64,000 nt of DNA from the human T2T-CHM13v2.0 reference genome, Homo sapiens, in assembly GCF_009914755.1 (NCBI RefSeq), contig NC_060927.1; one strand, written 5' to 3'. The first letter of the stretch is position 1, and each line of letters starts with the position of its first letter. The notes beneath the pieces were generated by a model that had not been told where the DNA came from, made no database searches, and worked only from the letters and a program-made list of their open reading frames with translations. Below, piece by piece: positions 42,931 to 56,003 of this stretch. Made by a program: the position numbers and the translations under genes.

Positions 42931-44199
42931 GTTATGGTTGAAGAATATCATACAAATATGAGTAAAATGGCTATATTAGTCATTTATAAGCACATTTTCA
43001 ACGTGTTATGTGTGATTTTTATAATTATTTTATTCTACTCTATTTGCTTTGATCATAGTAAATGAAATTTTACATCTATTGACTCTTAAAGTAAAAATTG
43101 TTTGCATTTTGTATGTACTTGTCTATTATTTTCAATTCTCAAGTAAAATTCATGATTATTATATTTTAATAAAATATCATTTGACAGTGGGTTGGGAAAT
43201 AAAAACTGGTCCTTCACCTCACAGATAGTTTCAGAAACCCTGCTCCAGAATACAAATAAGGACTTATAGGAGAGGCTAAAAGATGGAGGGAATAGAGAAG
43301 TTTAGAGACAGGGAATCAGGTGAAATTGAAAAATGGGGTCAAGAAAGACTAAAGGGAAAGGGAACAGTTGGAAGGGAAGAAGGGTAAAGTCACAAAGTAG
43401 AACCTTAGAGTTCATTTTCCATCTCATCATTTCCAAGTAATTTCAAGATTCAAGATATTGCCATACGTAAGGGACAATATGGGAAGGTGATAAAGGAGGC
43501 CATTGATGTTGAAGTTGAAGCTAGTTTGGTAGATGATAGCAGTATGGACAATAAAGTGTCTAAGGAATAATCCCTGCAAATCATAAAAATAAAATAATAA
43601 ATTAAATGAAGAATATAAGGAGAACTTGAAGCTAGCATATCATGTCAAAAATGGGGAAAGAAAAGCAACCACCAGATATCATCAACTTCAAGGGAGGAGA
43701 GATTGTTAGATGGTGGTTGTAGAATAATGGTGTGGAAGAGGCATCAAGAAATAAGGACGAGGCATCTCCTTACATGCACATTGAGTTGGCAGAAGTAGAA
43801 AAGAATTTACTTCCAGCAGAAGGTCATCTTACAGAAATGGAACCTCCAGGAGAAAGTTGTGCTTCCATTTCAGGGAATTGAAGCACCATTAGAAAAAAAG
43901 ATTCAGGTAGAAGAAGTTTGTTCTAGAAGTAATGCTTCCACCTCACACAGGGAAGGGGGCAAGGAAAAGTCCGAAGTTTATAAAGTAGGCATGTTGGGGA
44001 AGGTTGGGCACATGGCATCAGCATAAATTTCATGGATACTCAAGGATAATTTCCTTAAGCAAACAGGTGAACTGTATGGATAAAAATACTGGCGTTCAGG
44101 GGAGGTAAGAAATCATGGGAAGATTTACTGAAGGGAGAGGTGAGTAGCCAGAATTTTACTTTAGTGAATTTTATGCCAGTAGAAGTAACAATGATGGCC

Positions 44200-44553
44200 C
44201 TCTATCCAGATGTGACCAATGTAATCAGGGGTCCTTGTCAGAGGGATGCAGGAGGAGTCAGAGTCTGAGAAAGAGACTCTGATGAAAACAGAAGTCAGAG
44301 TGATGTAGTTGCTTGTTTTGAAGATTCCTTAAAAACCAAGGAATACAAATAAGTGGCCTCTAGAATATGGAAAAGGAAAGAAAAAGGATTCTCTTTTAAA
44401 GCCTCTAGAAGAAATGCAATCCCATCAACACTTTGTTTTAACACTGTGAAACTCATTTCAGACTGATCATCTCCAGAACGATAAGATAATGTATATTGTT
44501 TTAAGCCATTAAATTTGTAGTAATTTGTTACAGAAGCAATATAAAACTAGTAC
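44200..44553 (+). mobile_element. MLT1 (D-like) LTR, partial
   Basis: GCCTCTAGAA..GATTCTC..GTAATTTGTTACAGAAGCAATATAAAACTAGTACA. Confidence 0.8.
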
Positions 44554-45537
44554 ATGCCATTACATTTTAATTTAAAATTTTAATTACAATGATAAAACCA
44601 CAACCTCCACTTATGCACACACACAAATCACATACACACACATGCACAAATATGCACACAACACATACACACTCAATCATAGAAGACTGCAAAATCCTGC
44701 ACTGCAACCAAGATGTGAGCCGGTATAAAAATTATGCCATCTTGCCTACTTGTTTTTTCTGAATTTTCAAGTTTTATATAAAGTTGGCAGATTAAAACAT
44801 TCATTTCTATATAATTAACTAAAAATTATATTCAATGAATGAATGCAAAATAAATACAATCCATCTCCTAATCCATCTTAAGGTTAAAGTGTAAGATACT
44901 TAAAATGATCATTTAAAAGAAAAACCCTCCAATAATTTCAATGTAACAACACAAAAATGTGTAAGGACATGACTCTTAAAAAGAGATAGAAATCATTACT
45001 GAGAACTTTTAAACCTCTTAGAAGTTTATTGATTTTAAAAATTAGCAGGAACATTACTACTAAGAGATACACCCAAGAGACTTTGCACAAACATCTGTTT
45101 TTAGCAGCTTTGGTGTTCAGCAATAAAACCTTCCATTGTCCCAAGGCAAGGCCCTAGGAAATGCCCACCAACAGTTCCAACAGTCATTATGTATGTACTG
45201 TGTTCTCATCTCTGCCCTAAGGAAGTTAGACAGCAACCCAGTATTTTTTTTTTATTTACATACTTATTAAAGTCACACAGGTAAAACATTTCCGAATGTG
45301 TTTTCAGAACACGTTTTATTTTAGTGCTTTCAAATGTTTTGAAGATAATTGTTAGGGGAATGAAAAAAATATAGGAGCTCAGTCTGAAAATAAAAATCTG
45401 TTTTGGCATTTTAATGTCTAAAGACTCGGGAACTGCCAAATGTTTGCTAATCAAGAAGCACTAGAGATTCACAATCAGTACCCAAAATATAAAACAATTC
45501 TATTCACTGTAAAAATATGTTTACTGCATTTACTTAC

Positions 45538-45619
45538 CGGCTGTTTAGCACAAATGTTTTTTGTCCCAAAGTGGAAAAGCTGGCAATCCTTTAATTTCCA
45601 AAGTGCTCATAGAGTGCAG
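45538..45619 (-). pseudogene. VTG relic (lipovitellin-1) flanked by strong splice-like sites
   Basis: tatctacag|..LYEH..LEIKG..|gtaagt versus LYVH...VEIQG; a large deletion is implied between the two motifs. Confidence 0.5.
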
Positions 45620-46046
45620 CTGTAGATATACAAGGCATTTGTTAATGGCATATCAAGGTATCATTTGCTTCCCCTTTTGTCAGATACTGCCTTTATTTGA
45701 AGTCAACAGAAGCCTTTTCTCTTTTCCCTCTGGCACCATTTGTGGTTATTGTGTTTTCAGAGAATGCACACAGCATCAAGATATGGACTGATTTTGTTTT
45801 GAACCCATTCAGATGCAATGCTGACATTTTTTGGTAACTTTATATTTTTTGCTCTCTAATGTTCCATAGTCTTCAAAAATAGCCCAGAGAATTGCATTTG
45901 GGATTCATCGACATTAAAGTATCTGCTACCCAGAGTAAAATTCCAACAATAACAAGTTTATAACAACTCAAAGAGCATACCTTGTACTTGAAGGAATTTC
46001 ATCATCCTTTTTAAAGGCATTTTCTTTAATTGAACCATAGTCTCAC

Positions 46047-46125
46047 CTCTCTTATTGGATTCCAAATTTCCTTTTTAAGTATGAATATTTAGGGGTCAGT
46101 GGACTAGCCCTTGCTGATGTAATCT
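46047..46125 (-). pseudogene. VTG relic (lipovitellin-1)
   Basis: SPLTPKY..NLESN versus PPLTGDFRLSQLLEST, followed by AG|gtgaga. Confidence 0.5.
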
Positions 46126-46174
46126 CAGCCTCAGTGAATACATATTGATTGGAGAAAAAGATTATCTTACTTAC

Positions 46175-46270
46175 ATGTATAGGAGCCATGATTCCAGGAA
46201 TCAGTAAAATAATTCTATTGCCCATAAAACCGAATCAAGATTACAGCCGCTTTGACTCCTCCTTTGGAAC
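46175..46270 (-). pseudogene. VTG relic (lipovitellin-1) within a 96-nt exon-like unit
   Basis: LWAIELFY..LE-HGSYT versus VWMGELRY..LEYGSYT, with a long polypyrimidine tract plus AAG acceptor and a CAT|GTAAGT donor. Confidence 0.65.
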
Positions 46271-46615
46271 CTTTGGAAAAGGTTTAGTGTGTTGAAAAGA
46301 GAGAGAAAAGGAAAATTAGTGAAAAGAGCAAATATTTTGTGCTGTCTCAACATTCAATAAATTCCACTGTGTGCACAATTGCTTTAGAAGGAAGGAAATG
46401 ACAAAGGTATTTAAAAGATTGAGCCTAGAAATGTACTTGTGGGTGGTATGACCTTGATCGTATAAATCAGGAGCATCACCATATTATCTGAGGTTCAGCT
46501 TGCCAGCACAGCAGGTGTTGGCTAAAGAGTTGCTCAAGGTTTCTTCAAATGAGAGGACATCACTCAGAAACCCAACCTTTTTTAGCTTCTACCAATTTGA
46601 CACCCTTTCACTTAC

Positions 46616-46691
46616 ATGTTGCTACCACCTCTTCTTAAGACTTCAAAGAAACCACTAAAATAACCACTATAGAAGTCTTAGGGATCATTAC
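46616..46691 (-). pseudogene. VTG relic (lipovitellin-1)
   Basis: PKTSIV..SGFFEVLR-EVV versus PTETPLVSAYLKILGQEVA, with actctag| and CAT|GTAAGT. Confidence 0.5.
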
Positions 46692-48424
46692 CTAGAGTAT
46701 CAGATTCATCCAAAAGAGTTCATATATATGATTAGTAATATTCTTCTGAGTAAAACAAAAAGTTCAAAAGGATGTTTGATGAACAGGTATTTAGGGTACT
46801 TATTTTTAAGGCCACTTTAAACTTCAGAGTAACTCTCTAAGGGAAATAAAACTTCTATTAAAGCTTTAATTAAGTTTAAAAAGAGCTCTAACAGAAAAAT
46901 GTAAAAGCCACACTGCTGCTGCTGACTCTAGGTATCGAGACCTATTAAAGAGTATTTAAGAAGCAGAAGTGGGGCTGGGGCTTTCAGAGATGTATTGATT
47001 TAAATTTGTGCATCCATATTGTATTTTCTAGCCACTATGTTCATGCAAATCTACAGACTAGAACACTCAGGAACATTAAGGATGCTGTGACTATTTTTTC
47101 CCATCACTTTATTTTTTATAAGCCTAGAAGCTTTATCATCCCTTCAGGTCCTGGTTATGAGTGATGATGAAGCATATCATTGTCAGTGCTGTCAGATCAA
47201 GAAGAAAGTTTCAAAACTAATAGAGTGTATGTTTACATGGTTCGAGGAACATATACCATGCAGAAAACACATATAAAAACACATACAAAACCCACCTAAT
47301 CTTCTGGTCTCATTATTCCCCCAAGTTTTTCTTAAAGACAATCAACACAACAAATTTTGAAAGATTGATGACATATCAAAGAATCAAATTTGAACATAAT
47401 CCAAACCCAGAGTCCACAGTGTGTGTTTGTGTATGTGAAGGCAGAAGAGGGGAGGTGGAGGAAAACAGGGAGAGGTGGGATGTGAACTCTTGTTGTGAGA
47501 AGAGCTAGGCACCTGATATACTCTTTCATTTAGCCTTCCACTGACGGATCAAATGAGAAACTGTTTTGCTCTGTTTCTGAACTGATTGACATTTTAATTA
47601 TTCTACAGCTGGAAGTGTTAATCACACCAGAGAATGAGGGGATAATTCCCAGCTGGTAAAATTTCACACAATAGCTTGGCATGCACCAACATGCAGATAG
47701 TTTAAATTATTTGTTGAAGAAAAAAATCAATATTTAAAACCTCTTCACAAATTAAACCAGCAACAATACAGCTATACTTCAAAACCTCCTTACTTATGAT
47801 TTGCACTTCCTATTTTTGACTCTCAGAGAGTCAAAACACCTTATGAATCTGAGAAATTCACAAATTTAAGTGTTACTGATCTGAAAACTGTGAGATGATT
47901 AAAAGAAATTAAGATAATTGAATTTGGTTTTGTTTGTAAAATGTAAACTTTATTGCTGTTCAAATTCTGTTGCATTATTTTTAATATAAGCCTCTCTCTT
48001 AGAAGGTCCATGTTGTTTGGTAATGATTAAAAATCTTAAAAGATGTGCTTAACTCAGAGAAATATTTGTGTTAGTTCTTCACATACTTATCTGATCATAA
48101 GAATAACACAGAGTGTTATTTCAGACTGTCTTTAGAGTTTCTGATTTGATAGCTCCAGAATAAACCCTAGGAATCTGAATTATCAGAAATGATTCTGGGT
48201 GGGTGATGCTTAAAATCAGACGAGTATGGAAAACACTGAAATGCATATTCTGAATTTTAAATTAAATTTCATTTAGTTCTATTGGTATATATAGCAAATA
48301 CCTATTTTTCCCAAGTACTGAAACATAAAGATAACTACCAAAATTTCTGCCTGTTAGCTCAGGTGGTTAAAAACTAAACTTGATATTTTTTCATAAAACA
48401 AATTCTCTTAAATATTCTAGTTTT

Positions 48425-49441
48425 AAAAAAACAAAAATAAATGGGACTTAATTAAGTTGAAAAGCTTCTGAACAGCAAAATAAATAATTATTAGAGTAAA
48501 CAGACAGACTAAAGAATGAGAGAAAATATTTGTAAACTCTGCATCCAACAAAAGGACTAGTATCCTTTGAATCTACAAGGAACTCAAACAAATCAGCAAG
48601 AAAAAAACAAATAAGGCCATTAAAATGCAGGCAAATTACATAAATAGGCAGCTCTCAAAAGAAGATATACAAATGGCCAACAAGCATGGAAAAATCACTA
48701 ATTATCAGGGAAACGCAAATTAAAACCACAATGAGATATCACCTTATCCTAGGCAGAATGGCCATTATTAAAAAGTCAAAAAACAATAGATGTTGGTGTG
48801 GATGTAGTGAAAAGGGAATGCCTATATGCTGCTGGTGGGAATTTAAAGTAGTACAGCCTCTATGAAAAACAGCATGGAAATCAGTATGGAAAGAACAGAA
48901 AGTAGATCCGGCATTTGATCCAGCAATCTCACTAGCGGATATCTACCCAAAAGAAAATAAGTTATATCAAAGAGATACCTGCATGCATATGTTTATTGTA
49001 GCACAATTCACAATTGCAAAGATATGGAATCAATCTGAGTGCCCATCAACTGATGAGTGGATAAAGAAAATGTGATATATACACACCATGGAATATCAAT
49101 TGGCTATAGAAAGGAACAAAATAATATCTTTTGCATCAATTTGGGTGGAACTGGAAGCCATTATTCTAAAGGAAGTAACTCAGGAATGGAAAACCAAATA
49201 CTACATGCTCTCATTTATAAGGGGGAGCGAAGCTATGGATACAAAAAAGCATATAGAGTGGTATATTGGACATTGCGGGGATGGGCATAGGGTGAGAGGG
49301 AGGTGAGGAATAAAAACTACATGTTAGGTACAATGTATGCTAGTCAGGTGACAAGTGCACTAAAATTGTAGACTTCACCACAATACAATTCACACATGTA
49401 ACCAAAAACCACCTGTACCCCTAAAGCTATTGAAATAAAAA
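48425..49441 (+). mobile_element. L1PB(3/4)-like 3' end
   Basis: ORF2 C-terminus and 3' UTR, with a perfect 16-bp TSD TAAATATTCTAGTTTT (48409-48424 / 49442-49457). Confidence 0.92.
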
Positions 49442-50099
49442 TAAATATTCTAGTTTTGATAGTTAATAGAACTTTTGACAATCAAATGTTTTTTTAGTTT
49501 TTAACTTTGTTGTAAATCTTGAGAATGTGGATGTGCTTTCTTTTTAATAAAATCAGCCTCCAATGTTCAACAGAAAACACATTCTAAGAGGAATACTGCC
49601 ACCTTAGATATTAACATTTTGTCTTCAAAGTAAGTTTTTCTCTATTTTTCATTAATGTGTATGAAGGAGTCAAACTCCAAAAGTTATGATAAACACGTTT
49701 TTAATCCATGTGAAATACACAGACATACGTGTACTTCTGTATTTCTGATTAATTAGGGAAGGTCTTCAGGAAAGAGATGCACTGTCAAAAGTTTGATTCC
49801 TTATAGGGAATGTGTTACTATGTGCTAAGTTTCATTCTAGCACATAGTAAAAAAGCAAAGTTGAGACAGCCATCATTATCATTATAATTACCATTTTATA
49901 AATGAAGAGACTGAAGTTTACTGAAAATAAATAATTCAAGGCTACATATTTTAAGTAGTAGATCTTGGACTTGAACAGAGTAAGTCTGACAAAAAAAAAA
50001 AAAAAACCCAACACAAAAAACCTGTGTTCTACTGCTACTTTATCTTTAATCTTTCTCCTAAGTATACTGATAAAATACAAACATTATTAAGTTGGTATC

Positions 50100-50518
50100 T
50101 GATATGGTTTGGATATTTGTTCCCTTCAAATCTCATGGTGAAATGTAATCCCCGGTGTTGGAGGCGTGGCCTGTGGGAGGTATCTGGGTCAGAGGAGTGG
50201 ACCCCTCATGAATGGTGTGGTGCCCTCCCTACGGTAGTAAGTGAGTTCTTGCTCTGTTAATTCATGTGAGAGCTGGTTGTTTAAAGGAGTCTGGCTCCTC
50301 CCCCTGCTCTCTGTCCCTCTCTCACCGTGTGTTGCACTGGCTCCCCCTTCACCTTCTGCCATAATTGTAAACTTCCTGAGTCCCTCACCAGGAGCAGAGG
50401 CTGGCACCATGCTTCCTGTACAGTCTGTAGAACCGTGAGCCAAAATAAAACTTCTTCTCTTTATAAATTACCCAGCCCCAAGTATTCCTTTATAGCAATG
50501 CAAGAACAAACTAAAACA
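50100..50518 (+). mobile_element. MST (MSTB-like) solo LTR
   Basis: TGATATGGTTTGGATATTTG..AATCTCATG..ATAGCAATGCAAGAACAAACTAAAACA. Confidence 0.9.
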
Positions 50519-50972
50519 ATTTCCTTCATAATCTCTTAATTTTTTTTCCTGTTTGGGGGTAAAGTTTTAGAAAATTAACAGCTCTGTGTTTGATGAGCTG
50601 TGAAGCCCTAGTGTGGCAGAGGTTGTCTGGGACATAGAGCAAGCTACTGCTGCTGCTACCTTTAAACTTAAGAACAGAAGGAAAGATTAGTGTGCCATTA
50701 GCTAGAACTGACTTTCAGAACTAACAAAAGGCTTAGAAAGATATTCTCAAGAGTCTTAGGGCTGTAACATAAATAAATTTGGCTGGAATATTTTCAGAGA
50801 TCTCTTAACCAAACTGAGGAAACAGAGACTAGGTTGGTGGCAGTCCTCTTACTTGAAACCAATCACCTTCTCATTCCACCACAATTTTCTTTTTCCCATC
50901 GCTTTCTGTCAGCTTTTAGTAATAACAAGGAAGAAATGGCTTCTTGTCACTTAACTTTTAAAATGAAAAAGT

Positions 50973-51230
50973 TATATATATATATATATCTAATGATGTA
51001 TATATATATCTAATGATGTATATATATCTAATGATATATATATCTAATGATGTATATATCTAATAATATATATAATGATATATATATCTAGATATATATA
51101 TCTAATGATGTATATGTATATCTAGATATATATCTAATGATGTATATATATCTAATGATATATATAATTATATATATAATTATATATATATCATTTTATA
51201 TATATATAATTATATATATATATATATCAT
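50973..51230. repeat. AT-rich compound VNTR, unit about (TA)n-TCTAATGATG
   Basis: Repeated TATATATCTAATGATG variants. Confidence 0.95.
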
Positions 51231-52251
51231 TCTGTCTCTAAGAACTGTGTTTCATTTAATATAGAAAAAAAAGGCCAGTCCTCTATGAGTGTTGTACATT
51301 CTGAATTGTTTTGAAGAAAACATGCAAACTGACTGCTCCAAGGTTGTGAAGCTCTTAGGCCCTTGGGTTGCTGATTTACAAGTTGATGTCCACATGCTGT
51401 ATCTTTTTATGTCTCCATTTATAATGCAGTTATGCAAGCAAGTTAAGCTATAAGGACATCATCATTGATGTTGCAATTTGTGTATATGTTTTCTACCTCA
51501 TTACATTCTCATCTTTCTAGCCCAAAGCCATGGGATTCTGGCCTAGGCTATAGCTTACTCTCATAACATAATGAAAAATGCAAAATCATCACAGAGAAAG
51601 CTGATGGTTAAAATCTTTACCCCCAGTCAGTTGATTTATTGGTGTATATGGCTTTAGAGTCAAATAAAAATTTGTCCAAGGCAAATTCAGGTAATTTTCT
51701 TCTTAGTATTTCCAGAATTCCCACCTGAGAGAGCAGGTAATTTTCAAAAGCAGAAATTTTAGCATCCTGTCAGTAAACATTTCTGTTTTAAAACAAAACC
51801 ATATAAACAACACACAGAATAATAGTATGGGCTGTTTCTCTACAAAATCATAAAGTTTTAGATTATCTAGTAAATGGATACATTTGTAATTGATGCTACT
51901 TTCCCACTTCTGTAGTTTATAACTTAACAAGACAATTCTGCCTTCTCAATACTATATTGTCATGAGGAAATGTCTTCTGTGATTCTAGACATTAATGATT
52001 GTTTTGGAATTTTCCCTGATCAACTGATTAATCCCCACCCCGACTCAGCGCCTCAGACACAGAGTGAGGCCAAGAAATATCTGTTGGCTGAAAATACCCA
52101 ATTCATTTAACCGAATTAACTGTTACTTAAAATAAAAAATCACTGGGAAAAGTCCACAGCAGGAAAGAACAATTAAGAAATTAAGAGATTAATTAATTGT
52201 CCTTGCCTACTACTATTTACAAAGCTATTCATTTGTTTGCTTAAACACAAA

Positions 52252-52292
<41 letters not shown>

Positions 52293-52304
52293 GTCTATCT
52301 ATCT
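52252..52304. repeat. (ATCT)n / GATA tetranucleotide STR with one GTCT unit
   Basis: Direct reading. Confidence 0.97.
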
Positions 52305-52867
52305 TTAAAGAAACGTAATCTTGCAAAACATTTATGGAGCCTGGATTCTTTACATGAATTGAAAAAAGTTGAGTTTTTATAATTTGAAAACTAAAAAACA
52401 ACTCTCTTTTTACATGTACAAATGTTAGTGTTAACAGACATAAAGATAACTTCATTTTATAATCTCTTGTAAGAAAATATTTTTCTCGTCTGGCTATAAG
52501 TGACAAATGTTTATCCTAAGGCTTTAACCTCCTAGTTCCTACTTCCAACTACAGCACTTGCTTATAATATATTCACACTATGCAAAATTTATATATTAAC
52601 TAAAACTTATATAGAAATTATCATATACATCAATGCTAAAATTCTAACACACCTGAAGAGATAAGTTTATCTGTCCATTATCTGCCTCAAAATAAGAGTA
52701 ATTGAGGAAGGAGAGAAGTAAAAAAAAAAATTGGGGGAGATGAAAAGCTATACATCACAGGACTCAACCTCAAAGCTATGTAACTTTGATGCACACATAG
52801 ATTACAGTAAATAGAGTGTGGGTTAAATAAATAATAGAATATGTTCACAAAATAGTAACATTGGCAA

Positions 52868-53356
52868 TGTCCACCAAAACGAAGGCTGTTGAGGCAGAAA
52901 TAATTTGATAATGGTTTATTGGAAGGCAAATGTGAGGATTGACCTGGGAAAACACACCAACAAAATTGGGAGTGTTCTGGAGTCTGTGACAAGTTGGAAG
53001 GCGTTTATAAGAAAGCTTGGAAGGGAGGGGGGACTCCTCATATGGGAGTTGTCCATTATTATTGATGGGTACAATACAGAGGTTACAATCCTTGGAAACA
53101 GATTGCAACATACAGGCTAGAATGTCTACGTGCAAGACAGTCAGTAAAACTTTATAATTCAGAAATAAATCAGTGTCCTTTTCAGTGTCAGTAGGTTATG
53201 CATTTATCAGTACGTCAACAATTTGAAAGCTCACGATAAGATTCTTTACTCATGGACAGGATGTTGCCATGAATCACAAGACCTTCCCAAGGTGGGTTAA
53301 TTTGGAAGCCTGTTTACTTTTAAAGTAAACTGTGAGATTTGAACTGTAGGTTATCA
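52868..53356 (-). mobile_element. Solo ERV LTR, family not determined
   Basis: The minus strand begins TGATAACCTACAG and ends ..GGACA; AATAAA on the minus strand near 52916; about 490 bp. Confidence 0.6.
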
Positions 53357-54374
53357 GCAAAAAAGAAACCAATGGCAAAAAATAAATCAAATCTAATCTA
53401 TTTATCTGAGGTTGACCCCTTCACAAAAGAAGGAAAGAGAAAAATAAAGAATGCTTTGCAGAATGGTTCTTCATGAAAAACGCTTTTCTCTCTCTCTCTT
53501 TTTTTCTTTTCTGTTTTTCCCATCCTGGGTTTTTCCAACTAGTTTAGATAGGAATCAAAGTTAAAGAGAACACTAGTTGGCTGCAAATAAAACACCTGTG
53601 ATGACTTTACAGCCAGTATCAACCCCTGATAGCCTGGTGTCCAGTGTGATATCAAGGTCATAGTAGCCAATCAAAAACATTTGCAAAATTAAAAATGCAA
53701 TCTGTATCATGGTCAGGAATAATCTATTACCGAAAAATTTAGCCTTTTAGCAAGGTTATCAGAGAAACAACATTATTGGCACTGAAGTGTCATCTATCCA
53801 GAAATCCTGTCAAGTTTATTTTAACATAATTTCACCAGTGTTTCTTTGTAAGAGAAAAATTTAGTATACCTGCCTAATTTATTTGTTCTTTGATAATCAG
53901 GGGCATTTTATGAAGGTCGCAAAGGCCCAAAAGGGGCTTTATAAACACTTGTTTACGAACTATGTAAAGCCTTAAAAAAAGTTTTTCTTATGCTAAACAG
54001 TTTTACCGTACGATTTTTTTTTTTCCTAAAAGGGATTTGAGCTCTGAACTGAACGCTTTTTTCTTTTTCTATTTATGACACAAAATAAAGATACCCACAG
54101 GCCATGAGTCTGACAATACTTAATAAATGGATCTGAGATAAAGTCATAATTGAAAGATAGTATCATTCTTTTTTGTAACTCTTGGATCAAGTTGCTGCTT
54201 TGTATAATTATGACATACTCAATCTCATAATGCATGAGTTAATGTACTCTTAAAATATTGTGTTACAAAGAAATAATTACATAGGCAGCAATCATTGTAA
54301 ATTGAATCAATTCCTAATGTTAAGGGAAAAAATTAGGGATCAGATGACTGAAATGCCAATATTTATGATTATAC

Positions 54375-54800
54375 TGCTTGAATTTTTTCATCTTGGACGA
54401 TGTGCCAATGAAATACAAATCATAAGCAAGATAGATGCAAGTCAAGTACTTCATGTTCTGGACAGAGGGTAACACATCTCCTGGAATTGATGTTAATAAT
54501 AAACAAAGAGGAATTCTGCCATCAACATCTGGCAAAAGTGATGACAGAAAAAGAGCTACCCAGGGATATGTTTTCTATCCAAGGCAGAGTTTTAGGAAGG
54601 GGCTGGGAAGCATGTGCTCACATTTCTCAAAAGTAGGATGTGTTTGTGATTGCTTGAACGCCAATAGGAATGGACCGGTTACCAGCAGATGAGAGAACTT
54701 CAGATTGGAAGGAATTGCTGAGATGTTGCCCAAGACCCAGTTTCCACGAATGAAGTATAAATTGGGGAACTGATTCATCTCAAGTCAAGAATTGCATTTT
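54375..54800 (-). pseudogene. VTG relic, lipovitellin-1 alpha-helical domain (best-preserved segment)
   Basis: Strong acceptor ctgaccttttgttttatttctag, then AILDL-DES, VLGN, FLPI-x8-PVH (54714-54670), QAIT, LLRN, FLKL, RIPLCLLLTSI..NM..IY. Compare PIHDLADEA..IGN..FLPISSSSAADIPVH..DAIT..RPALALITTI..NMQVASFVY. Confidence 0.78.
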
Positions 54801-54959
54801 CTAGAAATAAAACAAAAGGTCAGAGTAAAACCAGAGAAACATGGATTCAAGGTTCAGTCTCCCTGAGAACTCAGCTACAAATAGTTAAACTCCTTTATAC
54901 CTTCGATTTGTCCCAGATTCCAGAGTAGAAATGACCTCATAGGCGGGGTGGGTTTGAGG

Positions 54960-55085
54960 AGATGAATGGGGACAAATCAGGGTGCAGATTCAGAGTGTAG
55001 GGCAGAAGACTACTTATTAACTTCACCCTCAACTCCTTTCTTCTTCCCCTTTGAATTTTGAACCAGTGACTAGTAATTGGTACTT
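54960..55085 (-). pseudogene. Possible VTG relic (preceding exon)
   Basis: ITSHWFKIQ..ISSLL versus MTSSRIQ..YSSVV; weak alone, but in the expected position. Confidence 0.3.
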
Positions 55086-55385
55086 CATTTAGAGCATGTC
55101 TTAACTCTAAAGCTAATAGCACTTAAAATGCCAAGGAGCAACTTGGTATGAGTGTGCCTAGCCCCTTTAAAAGGAAAAAAAAATGTTGCAGGCTCCTAAG
55201 ACTTCACCCACATGCCCTAATTCGGGGGGTGGGAGGATGACTTGATAGATGACTAAATAAATACTAATATTGTGATGCTATTACTTCCGGATGATTTTTC
55301 AGAATTTTAGCACCCTTAGGAAATAAAAAATAAAATAAGGTTTTTTAAAAAAAATATGGTGAGAGAGTAAAAAATCTGGATCCTT

Positions 55386-55670
55386 GGAGGGGGGAGTTGG
55401 GGATGATTAAGGGGTATGAAAAAAATAGAAAGAGTGAATAAGATCTACTATTTGATAGCACAATAGGGTGACTATAGTCAATAATAACTTAAATGTACAT
55501 TTTAATGATTTAAAGGGTATAATTAGATTGTAACTCAGAGGATAAATGCTTGAGGGGGTAGATACCCCATTCTTCATGATGTGCTTATTTCATATTGCAT
55601 GCCTGTATCAAACTATCTTATGTACCCCATAAAGATGTACACCTACTATATACCCACGAATTTTTTTTTT
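55386..55670 (+). mobile_element. L1MA 3' end
   Basis: GAATAAGATCTACTATTTGATAGCACAATAGGGTGACTATAGTC, with TSD AAAAATCTGGAT(C/T)CTT. Confidence 0.88.
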
Positions 55671-56003
55671 AAAAATCTGGATTCTTCATTTAGTAAATAC
55701 TTCTTGAGGGCCTAGCATTGTGCTGGGCACTGAAATAGCATGGTAAGCTAATGAGTCATGGTTCCTGACTTCAAGAAACTTGCAATCTAGCAAGGTAAGT
55801 AAACGAGGAGGCAATTGCAAGTATTATGACAGAGAAAAGGGCAAAGTTCTAGAGAAGCACACATCTAGGGACCTTCTCTGAATTACTAACATACACTGAA
55901 ATAGAAATTTTATGACTTTAGAAGGAGTGCGTTTTTTTAGAGATGTTGTTTTTTCCATATATTTTATCAGAAAATTTAAAATGCAGATTGAAAAAAACAA
56001 ATA

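Noticed and set aside
45538-46691. Ceruloplasmin-like (DxYSG, ESW, FGN) and adhesion-GPCR GAIN-like readings
   Set aside because: The exon layout is inconsistent with those families, and no copper-ligand or GPS motif follows.
54575-54778. FPNLYFIRG (insulin/EGF-receptor L-domain-like) and nearby RCVTLCPE (furin-like)
   Set aside because: Isolated motifs with no collinear support; alternative frames of the same DNA fit vitellogenin much better.
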